The position numbers and the translations under genes are program-made. Under the pieces are notes generated by a model. The model saw nothing but the letters and a program-made list of their open reading frames with translations, ran no database searches and was not told the DNA's origin. From positions 1-64,000 of the IMG/VR virus record IMGVR_UViG_3300025010_000048: a stretch of 64,000 bases of DNA; one strand, written 5' to 3'. Origin of the DNA: a virus. This document shows, one piece after another, positions 39,989 to 50,314 of the stretch. Position 1 is the stretch's first letter, and each line of letters begins with the position of its first letter.

Positions 39989-41029
39989 GACTTATTTTAT
40001 AGAAAAGGAGGACGAGCAGGATGGAGTTTAAGGAGTGGGATAGGGTTGTTATCGAAAGTATTCCTCCATCACTAAAAGGCAACAAAGGAACCATTGCAAG
40101 TTCAAAAATTGATATGTTTATGGGTAGTATATTTTATGCCGTTAAATTAGATGATTATGTAGATTATGCACACGATTGCAATGGTTTGTGTGAAAATGGT
40201 TATGGTTATTGGATACATAATAAATATTTAACCATTATCACCAACAAAGAGGAAACGGCATGAATAGCAACGACTACACAGAACTAGCTAAATACACGGC
40301 ATCATGGGCAAACTCAATTCGATTGGGTAATGCTGAGATTGTTGCCGAAACATTGGAAAGGGTATCGGTGCGCTGTATGGAGTTTGCGAGTGTGCCGGAC
40401 GAGTGGGAAAGATGCGCTGCGAAAAATGCGGAGCAGAAAAAGTCGAAGTTGACTTTACCGGCACCGAAATGGAAGTGGTTGGCGGATTTCTTTTCGAGAG
40501 GGAAACAACCGACAGTGTGATGGTCTGTCCTAACCAGGAGTGTTTTGAGAGGGTTGAGAGAGAACCGGATTTTATACCATTTTGAGGTGATAGAATATGT
40601 GGATAGGTAAAAGCAAATGCTGTCTTAGGTGTATTAATTACAAGGCATATTTTAAATTTCCACTTGCAATTATAAAATCATGCGGAAGCAAAGTATCTTG
40701 CATCAGATACGGAGATTGCGATAAGTGTCTTGACTTTAGGTGTGATTGTTTTAAACCAGAATCTCAAACAGATTCAAGTCATAGTCTAGACACAATACCA
40801 TTTTAGCAGGAATAGCCATGAAAATAACCATAACAGACATACCGGACATGGATGATATTAACATTGAGGATGCCGGAAAATTCATCCTTATAACTTCTGA
40901 ATCAAAAGGATTGCGTCTTGACGGAAATCCTAATTTAGAATTCCTGTCTTTTGCCAGTAAAAGACTAAACTATGAGGTAGACAGAAAGTTGTTTACAGAA
41001 GATAGTCGAAACAAAAAGGAGGATTAACT

Positions 41030-41629
41030 ACGAACGAGAAAATTCAGGCCAACATCGAAAGATTTAAGCAGGCAGTAAAGTTTATCGACCGTCCCGGCAT
41101 AGACAAGTTATCCGCACACTTAGAGTTAAACGGTTTCTTCTGCGCCCCGTGTAGCGGTCAGCACCATTGCAATTGGCCGGGTGGGTTATTAGAACATAGT
41201 TTAAATGTTATGGATACCGCTATCGGTTTACATGCAGCATTTAGGGCGTACAATCTTAGCCTGCAAAGTATCGCGTTTGCCGCACTACACCATGACGTAG
41301 GCAAAATCGGTACTCACGGAAAACCGTACTACATTGACAATGTTTCCGAAAAAACGGGCAAGACCAGCGAAGCAAAACCATATAAGCATAACAATATGGT
41401 TGAATGTGACCACAGCATTATGAGTCTACACATACTAAGCAGGTTCGTACCAATGACCGAGGACGAGCGACAGGCGATAGTATATCACAATATGCTATAT
41501 ATCCCTAGCGGCAGGGACGTAAATGGCAAGGAACACCCATTAACCATGATTGTCCATTTTGCTGATTTGTGGTGTAGCCGGGTGACTGATAAGGGCGTTG
41601 TGCCGGTTAGTAGCGAGGTGATGTTTTAA
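41030..41629 (+). CDS. HD-domain hydrolase (ACG at the expected start)
   Basis: Frame open from ACG 41030: FF.AP.S..HH....GGLLEHSLNV...ALHHDVGK...ADL. Confidence 0.8.
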   Translation, partial: TNEKIQANIERFKQAVKFIDRPGIDKLSAHLELNGFFCAPCSGQHHCNWPGGLLEHSLNVMDTAIGLHAAFRAYNLSLQSIAFAALHHDVGKIGTHGKPYYIDNVSEKTGKTSEAKPYKHNNMVECDHSIMSLHILSRFVPMTEDERQAIVYHNMLYIPSGRDVNGKEHPLTMIVHFADLWCSRVTDKGVVPVSSEVMF

Positions 41630-41820
41630 TGGAAAAACTAAGACAGTGCATGTATCAAGGTAATAAATACGAATTTCATAGATGGTTTCAAGAGGGTAGT
41701 TCGTCTGAAGATGGCGTTGATTTAGGAGCCTTACTTGAAGATGAAAACGGGAACATAATAAAGGTTTGGAGGGTTACAGATATTCAATTCATTAAGGATT
41801 AGCGAGGTGATGTTTTAATG
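41611..41820 (+). repeat. 21-bp perfect direct repeat flanking a 57-aa ORF (41629-41802)
   Basis: TAGCGAGGTGATGTTTTAATG at 41611 and 41800. Confidence 0.9.
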
Positions 41821-42125
41821 ATAGTGGGGTAAGCGTATGGGCAAATATGCTGAACTAAACGAGTATCAGTGGGCATTGGTTATCTTATCTGGTAACGCAA
41901 AACCTTACATGAAAGCAGAAAAATTGCTAAAATTATGCGTTACTACCAAAGATTTAAAATTTAAGCGGTTACTCAAAAAATCTATCACCGCTTATCAGAA
42001 ATATGTTCCTCGCGGACAAGTAAGAGAAGTAAAACCTAAGACACATAGGGAGTCATGCGGTTTTATTATATTTAACGACAATAAACTAAAAGAATATATT
42101 GGACTAAGAAGGGAGAACTTAATTT

Positions 42126-43142
42126 ATGGCAATTAAGGGCATATCAGAACGCCGCCGCCTTCCCCGACAGGGCAAAATTAAAATAGGCGAAAAGGTACAG
42201 AAGGAAAACCGGAACGGCAAAATGGTCGAGTATCCGGTAGCACTTGACCATTTCAAAGTACCCGAAGAAGTGGCAAAAATTTATGGACAAGACCCAAAGG
42301 AAATAGACATTATTTTCCCGGTTAACGACTTAGAGCAGATTTTCCCTCAATACATGAAAAAGTACGGCAAGGTCGGACTACATTGTAAGGGTGACGGAGA
42401 AACCGGAACGGCAATGATTGACGGCGAAATGGTGGAACGAGCTTGTGACCCTGACGATCCTTGGTGTAAAGGTTGCCAACCAAAGGGAACGCTTAGCTAT
42501 ATCGTGCCGAAGGTAAGCAGCATGAGGGTATATCAGACTACTACGGGCGGTTGGAATAGCATCGTAAATATCAATAGTAGTCTTGATATGATTCGCGGCA
42601 TGACAGGCGGTAAAATCGCTTTTATCCCGCTAAAACTAAAAATTGAACCGCACGAGGGAACCATTATTACCGATGGCAAACAGTTTAAGAAAACCGTCTT
42701 TGTCTTGCAGGTAGATATTGAAGGGACTATGACAGACTTTATTGCCAGGCATCAGCGCAAAGCGTTACCGCCATCCGAACAGTTTTTACAGATTCAAGCG
42801 GCAGGGCAAGAATTTATGGACCTGCTTGATAGGGCAAAAGAGCAACAAGTCAGAGAAGAACAGACAGAATTAATAGAGCATGAGGATAATGACTCAGAGG
42901 AGCAGTTAGAGAATATTCATCCTATCTATGCTGCCGGACTAAATAAAGGATTGACTAACGAAGAAATTACCGTTTTGATTTGGGTTGCCTCTAAGGGTAC
43001 GACAAACTCCACAGAGAAGGCAAACGACAAGGCGGTTGATATGATAGTTAAGTCTATTAATGACAATAGTCTAGAGGGACTGCAGGGCATTGTGGCGGAA
43101 CGTCAGGCAGGTTACGACGAGTGGTTATCGTCAGCAAGTTGA
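42126..43142 (+). CDS. Gp3-like/recombination-directionality-factor-like protein (putative recombination/annealing)
   Basis: IKG....RLPR.GKIKIGEK...P..LDHF...C.GDGE...C...C...T..WNS. Confidence 0.7.
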   Translation: MAIKGISERRRLPRQGKIKIGEKVQKENRNGKMVEYPVALDHFKVPEEVAKIYGQDPKEIDIIFPVNDLEQIFPQYMKKYGKVGLHCKGDGETGTAMIDGEMVERACDPDDPWCKGCQPKGTLSYIVPKVSSMRVYQTTTGGWNSIVNINSSLDMIRGMTGGKIAFIPLKLKIEPHEGTIITDGKQFKKTVFVLQVDIEGTMTDFIARHQRKALPPSEQFLQIQAAGQEFMDLLDRAKEQQVREEQTELIEHEDNDSEEQLENIHPIYAAGLNKGLTNEEITVLIWVASKGTTNSTEKANDKAVDMIVKSINDNSLEGLQGIVAERQAGYDEWLSSAS

Positions 43143-43774
43143 ATTTTACCGCAACACCGGAGGACATCGCCATACTAGACAAAACAATCTCCGATGTTGC
43201 CAGGATATGCGCGGAGTTGGATAAATGGTATAGGGAGGTTTAGGTTAGTGAGCATTGCATGTGATTGCAGTAATAATGATGGCGATTATCCTGAGTTTTC
43301 TAAGGAAACATTTCCAAATGCAAGGAAGCAATATATTTGTTATGAGTGCAGAGAGAGAATTAAACCGGGAAAAAAATACCATAACGTAACTGGCAAATGG
43401 GACGGAGTTATGGACACTTACCGAACTTGCATGGCATGTTATTACATCCGTAAACATTATTGTCCTAGTGGTTATGTTTTTGGTGAACTTAGACACAATC
43501 TTAACGAGTGTTTAGGGTTTGACTATACCGAAGTGCCGGACGAGGAGGACGATGATTAAATGTCAGCAGTACAGTTAATTGTCAATAACGGCAAACTGAA
43601 ACTCCTAGGCGGTGATGATGCCATGATGCGAGTTATTGAGAACTTCTCACCCATTGAGAGAGCGTTTCGGTTGGTTTTCGAGGACTTATACAGCTATCCC
43701 GATGGCACGAGATTAGACGTACATGGGAGTGTGCGGGGAGAACATATCTTATGGGGCAGGGTGGAGGTAGCAAG

Positions 43775-44104
43775 TTGAATAATGATTTCATTTGTATAAA
43801 TTGTGGTAAATGTTGTGGTCCTGTGCCCATATCAAATACCGATTGGGATAAAATTATATTAACAGTAGGTGAAATGTCAAAACGGGAAATAGACAGACTA
43901 ATCAGTCAACCAAGCTGCGCGATACATGCACATAAACCGCTAATTTGTAGACTACAGGGAACTCATAAGGGATTACATTGCCCGAATATGCCGGGGGGTG
44001 ATACTGGCGGCGATACTGAATTCTTCAAAGAGTTTGGTGAGCATGGCGAAAATTTCAAAGGACTGCTAACCGAGGTTATTAGTTGGAACGATATTTTACC
44101 CTAA
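43775..44104 (+). CDS. YkgJ-family cysteine-cluster protein, internally shortened paralog
   Basis: CINCGKCC...CAIH..KPLICR. Confidence 0.7.
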   Translation: MNNDFICINCGKCCGPVPISNTDWDKIILTVGEMSKREIDRLISQPSCAIHAHKPLICRLQGTHKGLHCPNMPGGDTGGDTEFFKEFGEHGENFKGLLTEVISWNDILP

Positions 44105-44403
44105 TTGGAGGCGAAAACATGCAGGTAGAAATAGGAAATTCAGGTTACAGAATTATAACAGACCCGCGCAATTTTATCTTGCAAGAGAAACGCATTTGCG
44201 GAGAAAAATCAAAAACTCCCGGTGCAGTTATGTGGGACGATATTGGTTATTATTCCTCTCTTGGTGGTGTGATAAATGGATGCCTGTCTCATGGCCTTAA
44301 ATTGGCCGATTTGGAGAGCGTACAGGCACTTAAAAATCATTTAGATACTTTAGGTACCGAAATCCTAAAAAGCCTCCAGAAACACTATGAGGGGGTTGAG
44401 TAG
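44098..44403 (+). CDS. DUF5405-like phage protein
   Basis: YRI.TD..NFIL.E......GYY..L. Confidence 0.55.
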   Translation, partial: TLIGGENMQVEIGNSGYRIITDPRNFILQEKRICGEKSKTPGAVMWDDIGYYSSLGGVINGCLSHGLKLADLESVQALKNHLDTLGTEILKSLQKHYEGVE

Positions 44404-45380
44404 ATGACTTGCAAGCAAATAATAGAGGGCGGCAATGTAGTTGGTTTTGTTTGTGACGTTGCCGGTAATCATGTTGAGGATAAGAAATTGAATTTACTTG
44501 ATATGGACTTAAAGGTTATTGGTGAACCTAAACGTGCTTGGGATGCTGGGGACTGCGGTCAATGGGAAATACCTGTCGAATGTCCTAAGTGTGGTAAGGG
44601 TGCGGTTACACTTGAAGGTTACATGTTTGCCCATGAACAGAATTCTATAAGTTGTGATCATTGCAAATACAAGCTAGATCAGCAACAATTGGACAGGCAG
44701 AATGAAATTGAATCCATCAAGGAATTGCTTAATAGATGGAATAAGGCAGAATATGAAATTTTTAAAGAAAAAATCACCGATCAGCGAGCAGAAGAATTTA
44801 TTATCAATGTAAATAAGTTTTGTAGATGGATGCACAGACAGGGATACGTTTTCTGTTTTCAAGATAGTATTTTTAGGGCGTTTGCTCTATTGATTGATGA
44901 GCAGGAGAAAATATCTAAAGAAATAGGGGAACACATTAAGAAGGTGCTTAGGAGGTAGTTAAGTGAGATATTTACATGCTGACTTAGAGGTTTGCAAGAA
45001 GGTAATAGATGGAAAATGGCATACCGATAGTGAAGGTGTAAGCGTATTTTCCGACATGGATTTTATGGGAGAAGTTACTATTTGTGACTGTTACCATCTA
45101 TGTACTGCTAATTTTATTGCCGAGTCTCGCGAAGGTTGGCCAGAAGCAATTAACCGAGCAATTGCGGCAGAGTCAGAGGTTGAGGGATTGCAAGAGTTAA
45201 TATCTGGATTAGAATTTTGCGTTTATAATGGCGGTCAGGCTAACAACGGTTATCAAGAAAGTTATGAATGTCCTTATTGTCATGGTTCTAAACAGGATGG
45301 GCACTTTGAGGACTGTAAAATTAGTCAAATTATAAAGAGGTGATCGGTTAACAAATTATATTGTGAAGGGTAGGAATAGT

Positions 45381-45533
45381 ATGTCGGATGCCGAGAGAAA
45401 AAGCCTACTAAAGAAAATTAAGTCAGCCAGAAACAGGATGCACGAAACGGCTATGAAGTATGGTATTGGTTCAACTAGGACATTGGAAGTGTCGCAGGAG
45501 TTGGATTTGTTGATTAATCGGTGGTACAAATAA
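45381..45533 (+). CDS. Spo0E-family aspartyl-phosphate phosphatase (50 aa)
   Basis: I...R..M......G......L..SQELD.LIN signature; below the ORF-track cutoff. Confidence 0.88.
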   Translation: MSDAERKSLLKKIKSARNRMHETAMKYGIGSTRTLEVSQELDLLINRWYK

Positions 45534-45555
45534 CAAATTTAAGGAGGTACTATCA

Positions 45556-45705
45556 ATGTACAAATACAGAATAAATAAAGATGCGCTTGCCGTGAGGGAC
45601 TAGAAGGGCAGAATTCTATTCTACAGGTCAGAGCAGGAAATGCTTAAGATTATCAATGAAACTTTTGGCCTTAACCGGAAGGTTACTGCTTTGATAGTTG
45701 ACTAG
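45556..45705 (+). pseudogene. small gene with in-frame TAG at 45601
   Basis: AAGGAGG RBS; MYKYRINKDALAVRD*KGRILFYRSEQEMLKIINETFGLNRKVTALIVD*. Confidence 0.5.
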
Positions 45706-45725
45706 GGTAATTGGAGGGGTAGGGT

Positions 45726-46226
45726 ATGGCTAAAAACTTTATTAATCTCACGAACGGTATAGAAAAAATACCTACACTTGATGAATACTCCTTTATCCGC
45801 ATACAATCGACTGCCTGCGAACAGAAAAGATGGGACTTCATATTACAGGACTTAGATAATAATTTCTTAATGTGCGCTGCGCTTAATTATGAGTGTTTAA
45901 TCTTTGATGCCGGAGCAAATAAGTCAGTTCCAAGGGCAGTATATCAGGGAGTCGAATGGATAAAATTTGTATTAAATAAGTATTGGCTAAATAAAGACAC
46001 CATTCCAATAGTTAGAGGTCATAATTGTTATGGATATTTCAATCAAGCATATAATCAGTTGAGTAATAGTACTAAGAAAAAACTAGACTATTTCAAAAAA
46101 TTCCTTTGCACAGATTCAATAAATATTCATTGCATAACATGGCCAACAAGGCATGATGGAAAAGCTGACTTCTACAAGGAGGTTCTCATTGATAATACCT
46201 ACATGAGAAATAAGTTTAATAGTTGA
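45726..46226 (+). CDS. hypothetical protein
   Basis: 166 aa; GGAGG RBS. Confidence 0.65.
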   Translation: MAKNFINLTNGIEKIPTLDEYSFIRIQSTACEQKRWDFILQDLDNNFLMCAALNYECLIFDAGANKSVPRAVYQGVEWIKFVLNKYWLNKDTIPIVRGHNCYGYFNQAYNQLSNSTKKKLDYFKKFLCTDSINIHCITWPTRHDGKADFYKEVLIDNTYMRNKFNS

Positions 46227-46262
46227 CTAGGAGGTAGATCATGGACATAAAGAGAACCCCGT

Positions 46263-46436
46263 TTATTGCCGGGGTTCTCTGGGAGCAGGAATGTTGGCGA
46301 GGGCGTATTTGAGAAGATGCCGAATTGCTTCTGCTGTCGGTGGTGTTTTGTCGAATGACTTTCTAAATTCCTCAATCTCGTCAAGAAGTTTTTGACTAAT
46401 AGCAAAGTTAAACCTTTTATCGTTTTTGTCTGACAT
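46263..46436 (-). CDS. ribbon-helix-helix protein (57 aa)
   Basis: KRFNFAISQKLLDEIEEFR.......AEAIRHLL; GAGGTG RBS. Confidence 0.7.
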   Translation of the reverse strand: MSDKNDKRFNFAISQKLLDEIEEFRKSFDKTPPTAEAIRHLLKYALANIPAPREPRQ

Positions 46437-46551
46437 GATATCACCTCATAAATGTGTCGTTTGTGTAAATTATACATGGAAATAGTTGAAAAATCAATTA
46501 TAAAATGTTATAATATATGTGTGAGTGACACAATGTTTAGGAGGTAGGACG

Positions 46552-47127
46552 ATGGTATTTAAGAGCATAAATAACCATGATTTAATAAAAGAAATTACCG
46601 ACAAACCAAGGTCTTTATTTTTCAATAATTTTTTAATGCAATATCAAAGTGATATAGAATCGTTTGTACCGTACAGAAATGGTGGATATATTTTTAGTCA
46701 TAGCGAAATTAAAACCATAATTGCCGGACTGAGAAATTTCTTAGAGCAAGTTTCTGATGAAGAAATTAAATCTCATAACTTAGAAATAAGTAACCCCACA
46801 AGAGACAATAGTAAACCTAAGTCTATAAAGAAAAGCACAAAACCGGGATATATTTATTTCATTGCTTCCGGAAATGGTATGTATAAAATAGGGCGAACAA
46901 AGAACCTTGAAAACCGTTTAGCCGATTACAGGAGATTGCCTATTGAGACTGAAATACTACATTCAATTAGAGTAATAAATATGGAAAAGGCAGAAAAATT
47001 TTTCTTAAATATGTTTGCAGAGTATAACATAAAGGGCGAATGGTTTAGGTTGGACAATAATAGAGATTTGCAAAGAATTATTAATGGAGAATACCCTCCA
47101 GAAATTATTAAATTATTGGAGGCATAA
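46552..47127 (+). CDS. GIY-YIG (T5orf172-type) nuclease-domain protein
   Basis: GYIYFI.....YKIGRT....RL...E...F......GEWF. Confidence 0.85.
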   Translation: MVFKSINNHDLIKEITDKPRSLFFNNFLMQYQSDIESFVPYRNGGYIFSHSEIKTIIAGLRNFLEQVSDEEIKSHNLEISNPTRDNSKPKSIKKSTKPGYIYFIASGNGMYKIGRTKNLENRLADYRRLPIETEILHSIRVINMEKAEKFFLNMFAEYNIKGEWFRLDNNRDLQRIINGEYPPEIIKLLEA

Positions 47128-47128
47128 A

Positions 47129-47911
47129 ATGTCTGATCGCATAATCAAAATCCATAAGCGAGAAAACCCTTATGTGCAGATTGATAAGAGTATTCTGAAT
47201 AACGAAAAGTTATCATGGAGGGCAAAGGGGTTACTTGTATACCTGCTTAGTTTGCCTAATGATTGGAAGGTTTATCTTGACGAAGTAACTAAACATTCAA
47301 CAGATAAGATAACATCTACAAGATCAGCTTTTTCCGAATTAAAAGATGCAGGTTACGTTAAAAAAGTTTCCACGAGAGATGATAAGGGACACATAACCGG
47401 ATGGGAAACCATTGTGTATGAAACCCCCAACATAGAAACAGAAAGTCCAGATAGTGGGGAGTCCACATTGTCTGAAAATCCAGATGTGGGGAAACCACAT
47501 TGTGGGGAAACCGACACTACTAATAATAATTATACTAATAATGAAAAACCTAATAACATTAAAACCATTGCTGATAAAAAATCATCATCAGCACACAAAC
47601 AGGTTATTGACCATTATCACAATAAGTTTATTTCTGTTTTTGGTAAAAAACCGTTTATTGATGGTGGCAAGGATGGGAATTTAGTTAAGAATTTGCTAGG
47701 CAACTGTTCATTAGAAGAACTGCTTGACCTACTAGATAAGTTTTTCGATTCAAATGACCCATATGTTATTAACTCAGGTTATACTTTGGGAGTTTTTAAA
47801 ACACAGATCAATAAACTTAAAACGGTAGGGGTTGAGCGAAATAAGGATCAACAACTCACCACCGAAGAAAAAGCAAAAAGAGATTTATACAGTAAACTCT
47901 ATGCTAACTAG
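47129..47911 (+). CDS. replication initiator (wHTH) with internal iteron-like repeats
   Basis: N..LSW.AKGLL.YLLS.P.DW; GTGGGGA(A/G) repeats at about 47450-47520 followed by an AT-rich tract. Confidence 0.85.
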   Translation: MSDRIIKIHKRENPYVQIDKSILNNEKLSWRAKGLLVYLLSLPNDWKVYLDEVTKHSTDKITSTRSAFSELKDAGYVKKVSTRDDKGHITGWETIVYETPNIETESPDSGESTLSENPDVGKPHCGETDTTNNNYTNNEKPNNIKTIADKKSSSAHKQVIDHYHNKFISVFGKKPFIDGGKDGNLVKNLLGNCSLEELLDLLDKFFDSNDPYVINSGYTLGVFKTQINKLKTVGVERNKDQQLTTEEKAKRDLYSKLYAN

Positions 47912-47922
47912 GTGATTAATAT

Positions 47923-48618
47923 ATGTGCGAAATTTGCGGAGATAGGGGCATAGTCCAGATAGAAGGTACTACCTTCAAAGTTTGCGACTGCATGATAAAG
48001 CGAAAAATAATCAACAAATTCAAAGACAGCAAACTAAGCAAGCAAATGTTGTCAAGTAGATTCGATAACTTTAATTATGACTACTACAAAGATAACCTTG
48101 CCGAAATTAAGAAAGCAGTAAAATTAGCACAAGACTTCTCCGATGCGGTTGTAAATGGACAGGCAGCAGATGGATTAATACTGACCGGCAGGGCAGGACA
48201 CGGCAAAACATACTTAGCCTGCTGTATAGCAAACGTACTTATTCGCAAGAACATAGCAACACTATTTACCGTAGTACCGGACCTGTTAGACCAAATTAAG
48301 AGTACATACAACAAAGGCGAGGGCCAGGACTACAGCGAGAAAGACTTATTAGATACTGCCAGAGAAGTACAAGTATTAATTCTTGATGACTTGGGGGCGC
48401 ATCAGTATACCGAGTGGGCCCAAGGAAAGTTATTCACTATCTTAAATCACAGAATAAACTTTAACCTGCCGACGGTCATAACAACTAACCTTAGTTTAGA
48501 GGAAATGGACAAGTTTATCGGGGAACGCGCTGCAAGTAGAATTATTCAACTCTGTCAACCGATTAAGGTTGAAGCTGATATGGATATTAGGATGCAGAAA
48601 AGATTATCTAAGGCATAA
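47923..48618 (+). CDS. DnaC/IstB-like helicase loader ATPase
   Basis: CxxC...CxC, GRAGHGKT, LILDDLG, TTNL. Confidence 0.92.
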   Translation: MCEICGDRGIVQIEGTTFKVCDCMIKRKIINKFKDSKLSKQMLSSRFDNFNYDYYKDNLAEIKKAVKLAQDFSDAVVNGQAADGLILTGRAGHGKTYLACCIANVLIRKNIATLFTVVPDLLDQIKSTYNKGEGQDYSEKDLLDTAREVQVLILDDLGAHQYTEWAQGKLFTILNHRINFNLPTVITTNLSLEEMDKFIGERAASRIIQLCQPIKVEADMDIRMQKRLSKA

Positions 48619-49165
48619 CCACGTCCCGGCCAACCGAAAACAGTAGAAATATTCTGAATATAGGAGGATTGTTATGTTGGAAATAGGTCCGAATTTGTTG
48701 GATTTAATTAAGTCTATAGCTGAATTTGCTGCACTTGTAGTGATTTGCTGGATTATTTTTAAGTAGGAGGATACAAATGGAACCAGTAGTTAAATACCAT
48801 TGTCCGGTATGTGATAAGGAATACGACACACCGGAAGAAGCGGAAAAGTGTTTTGTGCCTTTATATGAGAAGTTTAAGAACGGCGATATAATCAGCGGCG
48901 GTTACAATAGTGTTTATGTCGTTAAAGATGCCGAGGAAAGAAATGCCGCTGCCGCAACAGTCAGAGAGGTATTTGAATACTGTATAGCAACTGATTCGCT
49001 CAGGAGGAAAAGAGAAAGGTGTGTCTTGGTCGGCGGTTTTTGGTGTGGTGCCAAGAGATACCCTCTTGAAGAAGCTAAAAAGTTAGTCAGTGACTTACGC
49101 CGCCGGTTGAAAAATGCGGAGAAGTTTTTGGAAATGGTGAAGGAAATGTATGAGGAGGATAAAGT

Positions 49166-49573
49166 ATGAGCGAATTTATCTGCATGAACTGCGGAAAATG
49201 TTGTGGTCCTGTGCCTGTCTCAAATACGGACTGGGACAAGATAGTAACAGCAGTAGGAAATATGAACTTTGCCAACATTGAACATCTTGTTAAGCAGAAA
49301 AGGGAAAGCATGACCTGTATTTTACGCGACACTTTTTATAATAAATGTGCAATACATGAGCATAGACCGCTAATTTGTCGCTTACAGGGAACTCAGGAAG
49401 GATTGCCTTGCCCGAATATGCCGAGATACGCCAAGGGTGATAATGGCAGGGTTGCCGTGAATCGTGACTTTGGCGAGAATGGCGAGTATTTCAAGGGAAT
49501 TTTGAGTGACAGTATTGGTTGGAAAGAAATTCTGGAAGTTGTTAGGGAGAGGAAGGAGGTAAACAATGCGTAG
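49166..49573 (+). CDS. YkgJ-family cysteine-cluster protein
   Basis: CMNCGKCC...C.......CAIH..RPLICR. Confidence 0.8.
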   Translation: MSEFICMNCGKCCGPVPVSNTDWDKIVTAVGNMNFANIEHLVKQKRESMTCILRDTFYNKCAIHEHRPLICRLQGTQEGLPCPNMPRYAKGDNGRVAVNRDFGENGEYFKGILSDSIGWKEILEVVRERKEVNNA

Positions 49574-49973
49574 ACCAACAGTATACCTTTCCGGTAAAAT
49601 GGCCGGTTTGAGTAAAGAAGAAATGAACGACTGGAGAGAGAAAGCGGCGGGAGACTTAGTTGAGGCAGGTTTTTGTATACTTAATCCGGTAAATACCGAC
49701 TTCGGAAGCAATGTAACCGATAGGGAAATCATTGACAGTAACGACTATCAGATTGGACACAGTGACATTATCCTTGCTGAGTTAGACTATGAGCAAATTT
49801 CCATCGGTACAATTTGCGAGATTGTGGAGGCGAGAAGGCAAGGTAAACCCGTAATAACATGGGGTACTGCCTATAACATCATCAATCATCCGCATATTCG
49901 GGGCAGGATTACTAGACACTTTGAGTTTTTGGTCAATGCCGTTCAGTACATTATCGAAAACTATTACTTGTAG
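49566..49973 (+). CDS. nucleoside 2-deoxyribosyltransferase-like protein
   Basis: VYLSG.M...WR...NP...D...I..SD......SIGT..E...A...GKPV. Confidence 0.82.
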   Translation: MRRPTVYLSGKMAGLSKEEMNDWREKAAGDLVEAGFCILNPVNTDFGSNVTDREIIDSNDYQIGHSDIILAELDYEQISIGTICEIVEARRQGKPVITWGTAYNIINHPHIRGRITRHFEFLVNAVQYIIENYYL

Positions 49974-50314
49974 GAGGTTATGTATTGCTAGAATTATTTG
50001 ACAAAGCACTACTTTATACAACTGTATGTTTAACCTGCTTGCCGTGGATTGTCGTTATTATAATAGGCATTAGGGGCGGTAAAGTAACTGTTGAGTTTGG
50101 GAGAAATAATAAGGAGGCAACCACAAATGCCAAAACAGAAACGCCACAAACAACCTAAGCTGAAAATCATAGTTGACCTGCCCAATGACGGCAACCGGAA
50201 ATGGTACGACGAGAAGTATCGGAATATGTTCCGGGATCGCAGGGGAGTTTTGCTGCACGACTATAGGGACGGAATGTCGCCGGGGTATTGCGTGGCAGCG
50301 GTGGAGGTATTTAA

